The notes: generated from the sequence alone by a model not told the origin. Counted from the first letter of the stretch, positions 31,416-41,938 are shown. The stretch: 64,000 nucleotides of DNA from an uncultured Gemmatimonadales bacterium (GCA_963817715.1 CAWFPG010000019.1:41484-105483); one strand, 5' to 3'. Program-made: numbers and translations.

Positions 31416-32377
31416 GACGAAGCTCCTTCGGGCGGCACCAATCGGTGCCGCAGGTCAAGCCAGATGTCCGCCAGCCCGGTCAGGGTGCAGACAGTCACGG
31501 CCAATGGTAACAGCACCAGGGCGGAACCAAACAGCAACAGTGAGAGGCCGAACGGGGCGGCCTGCAGGGCGGTCTGGATGACCGCCAGGCCGCGTCCGGC
31601 GTAGAGGGCCAGGACCAGCACCAGCAGGTTGCTCCCCAGCGCGGTCCAGCCGGCCGACAGCGGCGCCAGCGTCAGGGCGCCGGCCAGCACCAGCAGCCAG
31701 ACCAGATGGTCCGAAAAGGTGAAGTCGCGAAACGGCGGGGCCGGTCGCCCGATCGGTTCCGTCGACACCCGATGGTACCAGACCCAGGCGAGCCAGCCGC
31801 CAGCCAACGCGACGATCGCCAGCATCGCCGGGAAGAGATGAGCGGTCGCCTGCATCCCACGGGCGAATTCGGCCGCGGCCTCCGCCGCCGGGCCACCGCC
31901 GATCCCGGCACCGACCGGCGGCACGTCGGGGAGCGAGGGCTGCATCGTCCGGAGCGCGGTCCACTCCCACTGACGCACCGCGGTGACCAGGTCATTCCAG
32001 CCCAGCCCGAGCGCCGCGAACCAACCGGCGGTCGCCCCGGCCGCCACACCCACCGACAGCAGGGTGCGGCGGAAGAGCGACGGGATGTCGAGCAACGAGG
32101 CCACCACGAAGGCGCCGGTGAAGAATGCCCCGGCCGCCCGGATCGTCCGGTCGGTGAGCGTGGCCGGCATCCGCAGCATCACCAATGCGGCGGCCACACT
32201 GATGCCGATCCAGAGCCACTCGCGCAGGGTGCGCGGGCGGGAGAGGAGGAGCAGCAGCGTGAGCGGGCCCAGCAGGAACGTCTTGGGCGAAGTGAGCAGA
32301 TACCCCGCCAGCAACAACGGCATGGCCCACCAGGTGCGGCGCCCGGGTCGACCGGGCGCCACCGGGACGGTGGTCAG
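31412..32377 (-). CDS. DUF2232/YybS-like membrane protein
   Basis: Multi-TM ORF between rpsR and rplI, the usual YybS position; GLADIWLDLR C-terminus. Start uncertain (CTG 32377, GTG 32362 or ATG 32323). Confidence 0.65.
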   Translation of the reverse strand: MTTVPVAPGRPGRRTWWAMPLLLAGYLLTSPKTFLLGPLTLLLLLSRPRTLREWLWIGISVAAALVMLRMPATLTDRTIRAAGAFFTGAFVVASLLDIPSLFRRTLLSVGVAAGATAGWFAALGLGWNDLVTAVRQWEWTALRTMQPSLPDVPPVGAGIGGGPAAEAAAEFARGMQATAHLFPAMLAIVALAGGWLAWVWYHRVSTEPIGRPAPPFRDFTFSDHLVWLLVLAGALTLAPLSAGWTALGSNLLVLVLALYAGRGLAVIQTALQAAPFGLSLLLFGSALVLLPLAVTVCTLTGLADIWLDLRHRLVPPEGASS

Positions 32378-32595
32378 CCCCCGAATCCCCGGATGTAGGG
32401 GATCAGCGCGATCTCGCGGGCCCGCTTGATGGCGCGCGAAAGCTGCCGCTGGTGCCGGGCACAGGTGCCCGAGAGTCGCGACGGCAGGATCTTGCCGCGT
32501 TCGGTCAGGAAGCGCGACAGCAGCCGCTCGTCCTTGAAGTCGACGATCCGGACACTGCTCTCGCAGATGGCGCAGGTCTTGTTGGGGCGCGGCAT
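32374..32595 (-). CDS. rpsR: 30S ribosomal protein S18 (Zn-binding Cys type)
   Basis: CAICE, ERGKILPSRLSGTCARHQR, IKRAREIALIPY. Confidence 0.96.
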   Translation of the reverse strand: MPRPNKTCAICESSVRIVDFKDERLLSRFLTERGKILPSRLSGTCARHQRQLSRAIKRAREIALIPYIRGFGG

Positions 32596-32933
32596 CAGTT
32601 GTCGTCCTCCCCATCCTTGCCGGCGACGGCGCTGGACATCTGGGCGCCCTCGTCGAGGACGATCAGGTGGCGCAGCACGTCGTCGTCGAGCTTGAGCATG
32701 CGCTCGAACTCGGGCAGCGATTCGGGTGTGGTGGTGAACTTGGCGACCACGTAGTAGCCGGTCTCACGGTTGGCGATGGGGTAGGCGAGGGTACGCTTGC
32801 CCCAATGGCTGACCGCGATGGGCTCTTCGCCCTCGTGCGGCACCAGGGCGTGGTACTTCTCGAGCTTCTCGGTGATGGCGGGCTCTTCGAGCGTGCTGTC
32901 GAAGATGTACACCGCCTCATACGTGCGGGACAT
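32595..32933 (-). CDS. rpsF: 30S ribosomal protein S6
   Basis: MSRTYEAVYIF, WGKRTLAYPI, LDDDVLRHL. Confidence 0.96.
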   Translation of the reverse strand: MSRTYEAVYIFDSTLEEPAITEKLEKYHALVPHEGEEPIAVSHWGKRTLAYPIANRETGYYVVAKFTTTPESLPEFERMLKLDDDVLRHLIVLDEGAQMSSAVAGKDGEDDN

Positions 32934-33012
32934 CGGCACCTTCCTTCGGACTGGAGATGGCGCCCCGGGGCGGTGCGGCCCCGAGGAGGAGGATTGTGAG
33001 GGGGGCAATCTA
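32934..33012 (-). promoter_or_regulatory. rpsF promoter -10 and structured 5' leader (candidate S6:S18 autoregulatory RNA)
   Basis: -10 TAGATT at 33012-33007; leader has CTCCTCCT, hairpin CCTCGGGGC-cgcacc-GCCCCGGGG, then CCA and SD GGAAGG. Confidence 0.4.
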
Positions 33013-33029
33013 GCGGGAGGGGGGCTGGC

Positions 33030-33135
33030 GGTGAAGGGTGACGGGTGATGGGTGATGGGGCCGGAACCGCCTCGGCTGTTCAAGCCATTGCCCCACAAGG
33101 TGATGCAGGCCTGACGGGTCCCCATCACTCCTGAC
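33030..33135. repeat. Heptamer array (GGTGATG family) with a weak complementary arm
   Basis: GGTGAAG GGTGACG GGTGATG GGTGATG at 33030-33057; CCCATCAC/CCTGACC remnants at 33121-33136. Confidence 0.7.
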
Positions 33136-33141
33136 CGGCGG

Positions 33142-35387
33142 TTACTCCGGCCTCAGCACCAGGATCTGCTGCTCACGGCTGACTCGCTGGTCGCCGGCCT
33201 CGACGGTCACCATCAGCCGGTAGACGCCACCCTTGAGCTTGCCGAGGCCCAGCGACGCGGCGCACCGGGGTGACCGGACCGGTGGCCTGCCCGTCGGCGC
33301 GTGACGGTGACCTTGTCGCGGTTGCCGGGATCGAGGGGCACGATCGCGAAGGTGGTCCGATACCGGTCGCCAGCGGCGAGCCCGCTCACCTCGTAGTAGA
33401 GCTCCACCGTCTCGCCGGTGTGCCAGGTCCCCAAGGCATTGACGGGGAAGGCGCCGAGCGGTGTGGGCCACCCCGGATGACCTTCGCGGCCGGTCACCAC
33501 GTCGGAGAGGGCCAGCGCCCGGCCGTCGCTCACGGTGATGTTGCGGACCAGGGCATAGGCGCCGTCGGGGCCACCGTCCGCCCCGATCCGGACCGAGAGC
33601 TCCCACCCCCCTGGCGAGAGCGGCAGCTCGAACCAATCGGTGAGCTTGGCGTCGTCGGCCTCGGGCGGTTCGCCGAGGAAGCGGCGCAGGGTGTCGAGGG
33701 TGACGCGCGCGCCATCCGTGGGGCGATAGGCGACGATGTGGAAGCGTGGCTGCCAGAGCACCCGCCCGTCGGCCAGGGTGTCGGCATGGAGCTCGTGGAC
33801 CGGGATCGCGAAGGTGACCAGGGCGCGTCCGTCGTCGTGCGCCCCGGTGCCGAGTGCGAACGAGCGGATCTCGGCGTCCCAGGGCGCGAGGATGTCGGGC
33901 GAATCGGAGTCGGTGTGCCAGGCGAGCTGCGCATCGGCGCGCTGCTGACCGACAGCGTCCTTCACCTCATCGGTGCATGCCGGGGAGACCACCGACGATG
34001 ATGGCATCGCCAGGCGGTTGGCCGCCTCGCGGTACTGGGGCAGGAGCCGCGCCAGGGCCTCCCAGGCCCCCTCGTCGAGCGGGAGGTAGCTGACCATCGT
34101 GGTCGCGGCGTGCTTCCCGAATGGTCCGCTGTCAAATGGCCCGCCGCTGGTGCTGAACGTGACGACCCGCCAACTCCCCTCGATCCAGTAGATCCAGACC
34201 TCGCGGAGCACCGCACCGTTGGCGTCGTGGTCCGGCGGGGTGAGGCGTGCCAGCGGCTCGCCGTGGCGGAGGTAGGTGAAGCCGCGATGATCGAGCAGCG
34301 GCTCGGCGGCACGGAGGTCGCCGTCGAGGGTGGGGGGATGGATCGGCAGCGAGTCGACGAACGGCGTTGCGGAGCGGATGCAATCGGTGCCGCCGGCGAT
34401 GTACCAGAACCTGGTGTAGTTCCTCTTGGTCCAGGGCTTGGGCACACGGTAGTCGCGCATCGCCACCGTCCAGCGGCGGAGCTGCTCCTGCAGGCGCTGG
34501 CCCGGTGGCTGGCCGAGCGAGGCGTCGCGCTCGGCCCAGAATCGCAAGGCCCACTCGTGGACCCGGTGCCGTCCGGCGGCACGATCGAAACTCCGGAGCG
34601 AGTCGGCGTCGAGGATCCAGTCGAAGTCGCTGCGGTAGAGCTCACGGCCGCGCGGCGTGAGCGAATCGAGTCCCGCCCAGTAGTGCCGAGCCGCGATGGC
34701 GGTGTCGCCGATGGTGGCCAGCGAACGCGCCAGCTCCAGATCGATCACCGAACGGTCGGCGCCCAATGTCGCGGCGCGCCGGAAGGCCCGTACCGCCAGC
34801 GAATCGTGCCCAGCGGTCCGCTCGGCGCGTCCCTCGACCAGCAGGGCGTCGGGCAGTGGCGTATCGAGGGCAACCTCGCGCGTGAGGATCCGCTGCATGA
34901 CCGGACGCAGGTCGCGGTCCCCGCCGCGCTCGAGGTAGTGCACCGCGAGGGTCCGTGCGGGCAGGAACGCGGGATCGCGGGCGAGGGCCAGGTCGAGCTG
35001 GCGCCAGAGCGCCTCCTGGTGATCGTCGCCGACCCGCTTGCCGTCGGAGTTGATGACCGGTTCCTCGCCCAGTTCGAGCAGCAGGAAGGTCCGGGCCATC
35101 AGGTAGTGCGGCCAGGGACCATCGTGCCCGGCCGCTTCCTGATCAAAGAGGAAGAGGGCACGCTCGACGTCGCGACGATGGCCGTCGCGGACGTAACTCG
35201 CGAGGTAGCGCAGGCCATCGCGGAGGTGGCTGGGGAGGTCGGCCGTCTCGGCCGGGGCGATGCCGCTGTCGATGGCAACCTCGGCGGCGTCTCGGAGGCG
35301 CTCGTCGGCAGACTGGGCCCGGAGCGAGGGTCCGGGGAGGAGCAGCAGAAGACCAAGGCCACACGAGGCGCGGATGAACCAGGTCAT
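33142..35387 (-). CDS. Secreted GWxTD-like domain protein, paralog 3; apparent frameshifts near 33260-33300
   Basis: Signal peptide (SLRAQS), TPR-like helices, RFWAERD...EQLRRW, LLDHRGFTYLRHGEP, EVWIYW. The Ig-like C-terminus continues in ORF 33142-33636. Confidence 0.8.
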
Positions 35388-35390
35388 CGG

Positions 35391-37724
35391 CTACGGCTCG
35401 GGCTTCCGCGTCACCAGGATCACCTGCTCACGTGTGACCGAGCGGTCGCCCGCCTCGATGGTCACTCGGAGGAAGTAGCGGCCCGGCGCGAGATGTTCCA
35501 GGCCGACCGACTTCCTGGCGGTGGTGACCGATCCCACGGCGCGATCGATGGTGCTCACCTGGATGGCGGGGTGGGCCGCGTCGCTCTCGGGAGCCACCGC
35601 GAGCGTGGTGTGGAATTCGTCGCCGGCGGCGAGTCCACCGACCTGGTACCACAGCTCGACCGCGCCGTCATTGGGCCAGAAGCCCAGCGCGTTGACCGGA
35701 AAGGGGCCGTCGGGTGCCGGCCACCCCGGCTGGTCGCTGCGGCCGGTCACGACGTCGCTGAGTGACAGGCTGTCACTCGAGCCGAGGTCAAGGCTGCGGC
35801 GCAGCGCATAGCTTCCTGCCGTGGTGTCCCCCGGCTGCCTGGCAAGGACCGCCACCTGCCATCGGCCGGGTCCGAGGGGCAGGTCGAACCACCCCGTCAG
35901 GAAGCCGGTCGTCGTGCGCCGGGGAGCGGCGAACGCCCTGGTGGTGTCGATGTCGATGCGCCTGCCGTCGCCGAGTCGATACGCCACCAGGTGGAAGCGG
36001 AGCCGCCAGAGCACTCGCCCATCGTTGAGGGCCCGCGCCGTGAGGTCGGAGGTGGGGACCGCGAAGGTGATCAGGGCGCGTACGGAATCGTCGAGGCCCC
36101 GGCCGATCGCGAAGAACCGGTGCGTCGCACTCCACGGCTCGAGGATCGGCGGGCGCTCGGTATCGCTGTTGATGCCGATCACCGCGTCCTCGCGTTGCTG
36201 GACCACGGCAGTGTGCACGTCGGGCAGGCAGGTGCGCTTCTCGATTCCGCGGTAGTTGGCGATCCGGTTCGCCGCCAGGCGGTAGGCCGGCAGCATCCGC
36301 GCCAGCGCCTGCCACGCCTGGGCGGACTGCCATGGCAGGTAGCTCGACATCGTGGTCGCCGCGTCGTGCCCCAGGGCATCACTGCCGCGGAACTGGAACA
36401 CGCGCCACGCTCCCTCGGCCCAGTAGACCCAGACCTCTACACCGCGCAGCGATTCGTCGAGCCGAGCCCCCTCCTGGCCCGCCACGATTCCCGCGGTGGC
36501 GGCCGCATCGGCCTGGGGGCCGCCCTCCTCGGCTGCCACCGCCGGTGGGACTGCCCGCGCAAACGGTTCGCCATGGCGCAGGTAGATGATGCCCCGGTGG
36601 TCGAGCAGCGCCTCGCTGCTGCGAATGTCCCCGGGCAGGGCGGGGGGAACAACCGGCAGCTGCTGGTAGAACGACGACGCGTTTCCGACGCACTGGTCGC
36701 GGATGTCATCGAACGCGAAATCGACTCGGGTGCGGGCGATTCGCGTCCACGGGTTGTGGACCCGGAACGTGGCAAAGGCATAGACCCAGCGCCGCAGGTG
36801 CTCCACCTCCCGGTGGCCGCTATCCTGAACGGCCGCCGCATCGCGCTGTCCCCAGAAGCGGTGCATCCATCCCGCGACCTCGCTGTCAGGCACGGCATCG
36901 AAGGTCGCCAGCGAGTCGTCGTCGAGGATCCAGCCCAGGTCCTGACGGTAGAGCTGTCGGCCGCGGTCGGTGAGCTCGTCCACCCCCCGCCAGTAGGCCG
37001 CCCGGGCAGCCTCCGGTCGGTCGAGCGCCTCGAGGGTTCTCGCGCGCTCGAGCGCGACCACGGAGCGATCGGCACCGAGCTGGCCGGCGCGGTCGAAGAT
37101 CGCCAGGGCGATCCGGTAGTCTCCCTGGGTCCGCTTGTGCCGACCCCAGGCGACGAGCGCCTCCGGGAGCGGGTCGTGGCGGGAGACCTCGGTCGCAAGC
37201 GCCTCCTGCATGTCGTCGTGGAGCTCGCGATCACCGCCGGCATAGGCAAGATCCGACAGCAGGACACGGACGCGGAGGAAGTCCGGATCGCGGCGGAGGG
37301 CCTCATGGAGATGACGCCACATTGCTGCCAGGTGGCTCTCCCCGAGCCGGCTTCCCTCCGAGTCGAGCAGCGGGGCACCGAGATCGTGCAGCAGCAGGAA
37401 GGCGTGGGCCATCGCGTAGTCGGGCCACGCCCAATCGGGTCGCCTGATACTCGATCGCGCGAAACGGAACAGGGCCCGCTCCAGGGTGCCACGCTTCCCG
37501 TTGCGGAGAAACTGCGCGACTTCGTTCAGGCCAGTCTGCAGATCGCGGGCGACCGGGTCGTCGGCTTCCTGCTGGTTCGCCGTTGTGGCCGTCCCGATGG
37601 CATCATCGAGCTCGGCGAGGAGCCGGGTGTCGGCGGGCGACTGGGCGGCGATGGGAGCCGGGCAGCAGGCCAGCAGCCGTGCCATGAGCACGACCATCGG
37701 CACCAGTCGTCCCCCGGCCATCAC
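35391..37724 (-). CDS. Secreted GWxTD-like domain protein, paralog 2
   Basis: Signal peptide (PIAAQS), RFWGQRD...EHLRRW, LLDHRGIIYLRHGEP, EVWVYW. Confidence 0.82.
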   Translation of the reverse strand: MMAGGRLVPMVVLMARLLACCPAPIAAQSPADTRLLAELDDAIGTATTANQQEADDPVARDLQTGLNEVAQFLRNGKRGTLERALFRFARSSIRRPDWAWPDYAMAHAFLLLHDLGAPLLDSEGSRLGESHLAAMWRHLHEALRRDPDFLRVRVLLSDLAYAGGDRELHDDMQEALATEVSRHDPLPEALVAWGRHKRTQGDYRIALAIFDRAGQLGADRSVVALERARTLEALDRPEAARAAYWRGVDELTDRGRQLYRQDLGWILDDDSLATFDAVPDSEVAGWMHRFWGQRDAAAVQDSGHREVEHLRRWVYAFATFRVHNPWTRIARTRVDFAFDDIRDQCVGNASSFYQQLPVVPPALPGDIRSSEALLDHRGIIYLRHGEPFARAVPPAVAAEEGGPQADAAATAGIVAGQEGARLDESLRGVEVWVYWAEGAWRVFQFRGSDALGHDAATTMSSYLPWQSAQAWQALARMLPAYRLAANRIANYRGIEKRTCLPDVHTAVVQQREDAVIGINSDTERPPILEPWSATHRFFAIGRGLDDSVRALITFAVPTSDLTARALNDGRVLWRLRFHLVAYRLGDGRRIDIDTTRAFAAPRRTTTGFLTGWFDLPLGPGRWQVAVLARQPGDTTAGSYALRRSLDLGSSDSLSLSDVVTGRSDQPGWPAPDGPFPVNALGFWPNDGAVELWYQVGGLAAGDEFHTTLAVAPESDAAHPAIQVSTIDRAVGSVTTARKSVGLEHLAPGRYFLRVTIEAGDRSVTREQVILVTRKPEP

Positions 37725-40201
37725 TGTTCCTTGAGCACCGTGATGGTCCGTTCTCGCGAGGCGCTGGTGCCGTTCGCCGTGACCGTGACGGTCACGGTGT
37801 AGCTGCCGGGATCGAGATCCTTGAGCTGCACCGTGCGGCGGACCGAGGTGACCGGTCCGGCAGCCCGTCCGGTCCAGTCGACCTTCACACCGCGGCCACG
37901 GCGTCCCTGGGGCGACACCTCAAGCGCAGTGCTGTACTCGGCCCCGGCGGCGAGGCCGCGGAGTTCGAACCACAGCTCGAGCTGGCTGTCGCGGGACCAG
38001 GCGTTCCACGGGTTGAGCGGCAAGGCCTCGCCCCCCGCGTTCCAGACTGGCGCCCCCGACTCGCGTCCCATCACGAGGTCGCCGAGGGTGAAGGCGCCGC
38101 TCCCGCCGATGGCGATGTCGCGCTGCCGAGCCATCCCGCCGGTGCCGGCACCGTCCTGCGCGGCGAGCAGGCCCATCTCCCAGTCGCCCGAGGGCAGCGG
38201 GATCTCGAAGGTGCCGCTCAGGTAGGTGCCCTTGTCCAGTGACCGGGTCGCGAAGGTCCGCGTGGTGTCGATGAACCGGTTGGCGCCGGTTGCCGGGTCG
38301 AAGAAGGTGAGCCGGAAGCGGATCGGTACGAGGAGCCGGCCGTCGGGAATGTTGCCTCCGGTGCGCAGGCCGACCGAGGGGATCGCAAACGCCACGAGCG
38401 CCTTGCCGCTGCCGTCGTTGCCGCGGCCCAGCCCGTAGAACTGGCTGTAGAGCACGAACGGCTTCTCGAACGTCGGGGTGTAGGAGTCCTCGGCTGAGGC
38501 CACGGTGGCATTGGCTCGATCGGTCTTGATGAGCTGCTGAATCTCGTCCTGGCACGCACGGGGCTTCGAGAGGGCCGGAGTGAGCAGCATCCGTGCAATA
38601 CCGATGTACGACGGATCGAGGTTGGCCCGGGCGATGTAGAGATCGGGCCGCAGCGGCAGCACGGTGTTCAGCGTGGTCGGGGCCTGCAGCCCGAGCGCCT
38701 CCGATCCGGTGAAGTGCAGCATGCGATACGCGCCGTCGATCCAGTAGAGCCACGACTCGTTCTGGCGGAGCCGCTCGTCCATCAGCTGCTCGGCGCTGAG
38801 GCTCTTGGTGAACACGAAGGCCGAGTCGTGCAGGAAGCGCAGGATCTGGTCGCGTCGCTGCGTACCGGTTGGATCATCGCTCCCCTCGCCCCCGACCGGC
38901 GGTATGAACCAGGACACGTCGGCCGAGGAAAGCGCGGTGAACCCCGGTGCCTCGGATGTTGAAGCGACGTCGCTACGAGTGCCGCTGCTGATGCTCTTCG
39001 CGATCGGTTCGCCGTGGCGCATGTAGATGATCGCGCGATGGTCGAGCATCCGTTCGTCCTTGCGGATATCGCCGGGGTCGTGGGGCTCCTCGGCGATCAG
39101 GTCGTCGAGCGACCAGGCACCGGAGGGAACGCACTGGCCCTGCAGCGAGATGTCGAACTCGGTGCGCTTCATCTCGGTGCGGCGACTCGACGCCGGGATC
39201 CGGTACTCGTGTCGCACCCAGTTCCAGCGGCGGAGATGCTCGGTGAGGCGCTCGCCTGGCGCGCGCAGGTTCTCGGCGTCACGGCGGAGCCAGAAGCGCT
39301 GCATCCATGGGAGCACCGAGTCGCCGGGCAGCGCGTCGAACGCCGTGAGCGAGTCGGCAGTGGTGATCCACCACAGGTCGATATGATGCGCCAGCCGCGC
39401 GGCGGCCGAGGGGTGCACCAGCGACGCCCAGTATGCCGCGCGCGCGGCCACGGTGCGACCGAGGGCGTGGAGGGTCCGGGCGCGCTCGAGCTGGGTGAGC
39501 GCGGTGTCGCCGCCCAGCACCAGGACCGAGTCGAAGCGGGCCAGGGCGGTGGGCATGTCGTCGTCGGTGCGGGCGATCCGCCCCTCGACCAGCACGGCAC
39601 GCCAGTCGCTGATCGGCGGCGAGGCGTAGGTGTGCACGGTGCGACGGACCAGGTCGGTCTGGTCGCGATCATCGGTGGCCAGGGCGAGGCGGAGGAAGAG
39701 ATCCCGCGTGGGCACGAAGTCGGCATCGCGGTCAAGCGAGTTGGCGAGGTGACGCCAGATGGCGGAGGCGTTGCTCTCGCCGTCACGGATGCCGTTGCCG
39801 CCCTTGGGGACATACTCGTGCAGCTCGAGCGCGACGAGGGTGCGCGCCAGGCCGAACTCCGGCCACGGCCAGTCGCCCTCCTTCGCTGCCGCCGAGTTGA
39901 ACGCGAACAGCGCCTCGTCGATTTCCATGCGGTTGTCGCGCAGGTCGCCGTGGCGCATGACCCAGTAGGCGCGGCGCAGCTGACCGACCCGCCCCTCACC
40001 GACCTTGGAGGCGGCCTCCAGTCGATCGACCGCCTCGACCGTGGAGGCGGCCTCGACCGAGTCGACCCAGGCGGTGAGGGCGGCCTTGTCGGCGTCGGAC
40101 TGGGCGGCGAGCGACGGCGCGGCGGCCGCCAGCATGACGGCGAGGGCCGCAATCGGGGCCGTCCGCCGCAGGTGGGGGGCTGAGGAGAGCACGTCGCGCA
40201 T
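37721..40201 (-). CDS. Secreted GWxTD-like domain protein, paralog 1
   Basis: Signal peptide (SLAAQS), RFWLRRD...EHLRRW, MLDHRAIIYMRHGEP, ESWLYW. Confidence 0.82.
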   Translation of the reverse strand: MRDVLSSAPHLRRTAPIAALAVMLAAAAPSLAAQSDADKAALTAWVDSVEAASTVEAVDRLEAASKVGEGRVGQLRRAYWVMRHGDLRDNRMEIDEALFAFNSAAAKEGDWPWPEFGLARTLVALELHEYVPKGGNGIRDGESNASAIWRHLANSLDRDADFVPTRDLFLRLALATDDRDQTDLVRRTVHTYASPPISDWRAVLVEGRIARTDDDMPTALARFDSVLVLGGDTALTQLERARTLHALGRTVAARAAYWASLVHPSAAARLAHHIDLWWITTADSLTAFDALPGDSVLPWMQRFWLRRDAENLRAPGERLTEHLRRWNWVRHEYRIPASSRRTEMKRTEFDISLQGQCVPSGAWSLDDLIAEEPHDPGDIRKDERMLDHRAIIYMRHGEPIAKSISSGTRSDVASTSEAPGFTALSSADVSWFIPPVGGEGSDDPTGTQRRDQILRFLHDSAFVFTKSLSAEQLMDERLRQNESWLYWIDGAYRMLHFTGSEALGLQAPTTLNTVLPLRPDLYIARANLDPSYIGIARMLLTPALSKPRACQDEIQQLIKTDRANATVASAEDSYTPTFEKPFVLYSQFYGLGRGNDGSGKALVAFAIPSVGLRTGGNIPDGRLLVPIRFRLTFFDPATGANRFIDTTRTFATRSLDKGTYLSGTFEIPLPSGDWEMGLLAAQDGAGTGGMARQRDIAIGGSGAFTLGDLVMGRESGAPVWNAGGEALPLNPWNAWSRDSQLELWFELRGLAAGAEYSTALEVSPQGRRGRGVKVDWTGRAAGPVTSVRRTVQLKDLDPGSYTVTVTVTANGTSASRERTITVLKEQ

Positions 40202-40384
40202 GGAGCCTCGGGGGAGGGAGGATCCTTCAATTGTGGGGCTGATTGGCACGAATCGCCAGCGGAGGGGACGCGCCAGCGCTGATCGTCGCCACAGGCCGAT
40301 GCAACCCTCTCCGGCGCCGGGTCGTCTACAGCGACGTGCCGACGGGGCACTTCCGGCCCGCCGCCTTCCCGTTCCGGAGGATCC

Positions 40385-41908
40385 GTGTCCATTCGCTCGC
40401 GTGTGCTGCTCGTTGCCCTGGCTCTCGCCCACCCGCTTGGCCTGTCAGGCCAGGCGCCGGTTCCGACCACGACGACCGTGGCGCCGATGCGACCCGGCCT
40501 TGTCGCGATCCGTGACACGGTCGAGGCCTGGATCGCCCGCCGGGAGATCCCGTCGATGGCGATTGTCGTGGCCGAGGGCGACTCGATCATCTGGGACGAG
40601 GGGCTCGGGTATGCGGACCGCGAGGCGGGGGTGGTGACCAACACCAGCTGCACCTACCCGCTGGGATCGTTGGCCAAGGCGCTCAGTGCGACCGTGATGC
40701 TGACGCTGGTCGAGGCGGGCCGGATCGGGCTCGACGACCCGATTGCCCCGGCGCTCGCGCCGCTCTCCCTCCCGGCCGATGCGGGACCGATCGATGGTGT
40801 GACGGTGCGACGGATCCTCAACGCCTCCGCCGGCCTGCCGCACGGCTGGATGTCGTATGATCGCTTCGCCGACTATCCAAGTACGCCTGCCGCGCGCGCC
40901 GCGATGGTGCGCACCATCGCCCCGGTGGTGTTCGCACCGGGGGAGACCTGGGAGTACTCCAACGTGTCGCTGGGAATGGTGCAGTTCGTGGCCGAGGGGC
41001 TGACCGGCGAACGCTACGGCGATCTCGTTCGGCGGGTCCTCTTCCGACCGCTGGGCATGGACTCGAGCTACGCCGACGTGCGGCCCGACCTCTACGATCA
41101 CGTGGTGAGCCTCTACGACGACGATGGCCAGCCGATCAACGGTGGCTTCGCCGCCCCGGTCGGCGGGCTCTTCGCCCACGCCAGCGCCCACGACCTCTAT
41201 CGCTTCGGCCGGATGGTGCTGGGGCGACTGCTCCCCGACCAGCGTCCGGTGCTGTCGGACAGCAGCCGGGCGCTGATGCTCCACTATGCTGGCGGTCCAC
41301 GGAGTCCCTATGCGCTTGGCTGGTGGCGCGGCGACGAGCGGATCGTGGTCGACGGCCAGGTCGGTGGGGCCAACGCCCATCTCAGCATGGTGCCGAGTCA
41401 TGGGGTGGTGACCGTCTGTCTCCTCAACCAGACCTCCAATGGCTACGGGCGTGCCGACCAGATCTGCGACGCGATCACCTCGGTGCTGGTCCCCGAACTG
41501 GCGGGGAACTACGACCACGCCCTGCGCGACTTCCAGGCCACCTTCGCGACGCCCTACGAGGCCGGTGGGGAGCTCACGGGGCAGTGGACCGGCACGATCA
41601 CGACAGTGAACGGTCCGCTGCCGGTGACTCTGACCTTCGCGGCCACCGGTCCGCCGACGATCGCGATCGACGGCGGTGCGCCGCTGGCGCTGACCAACAC
41701 CATCTTCAACAAGGTTGGTCGCTTCAAGGGATCGTTCGAGCGGTACCTCCCCACCCCGGAGAATCGTGACGGACACGACCCCGCGCAGGCGCGGCTCTCG
41801 GTATCGGTGCGCGGCGATCGGGCGGAGGGGTATATCCAGGCGCGGTTCGCCACCGAACGGGGCAACTTCGCGATCCCGCTGTTCGTGCGACTGGCGCGCG
41901 GACCCTGA
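40385..41908 (+). CDS. Secreted serine hydrolase (beta-lactamase/AmpC-like family) with C-terminal extension
   Basis: Signal peptide, SxxK motif (GSLAKA), WEYSN, YALGWW. Confidence 0.85.
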   Translation: MSIRSRVLLVALALAHPLGLSGQAPVPTTTTVAPMRPGLVAIRDTVEAWIARREIPSMAIVVAEGDSIIWDEGLGYADREAGVVTNTSCTYPLGSLAKALSATVMLTLVEAGRIGLDDPIAPALAPLSLPADAGPIDGVTVRRILNASAGLPHGWMSYDRFADYPSTPAARAAMVRTIAPVVFAPGETWEYSNVSLGMVQFVAEGLTGERYGDLVRRVLFRPLGMDSSYADVRPDLYDHVVSLYDDDGQPINGGFAAPVGGLFAHASAHDLYRFGRMVLGRLLPDQRPVLSDSSRALMLHYAGGPRSPYALGWWRGDERIVVDGQVGGANAHLSMVPSHGVVTVCLLNQTSNGYGRADQICDAITSVLVPELAGNYDHALRDFQATFATPYEAGGELTGQWTGTITTVNGPLPVTLTFAATGPPTIAIDGGAPLALTNTIFNKVGRFKGSFERYLPTPENRDGHDPAQARLSVSVRGDRAEGYIQARFATERGNFAIPLFVRLARGP

Positions 41909-41938
41909 GCGGCATCGGATCTATCTTTCCGGGGTCCC

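Noticed and set aside
40244-40260. Sigma-54 promoter TGGCACG upstream of the serine hydrolase
   Set aside because: The -12 GC is not at the required distance (TGGCACG-AATC-GCCA rather than -TTGC).
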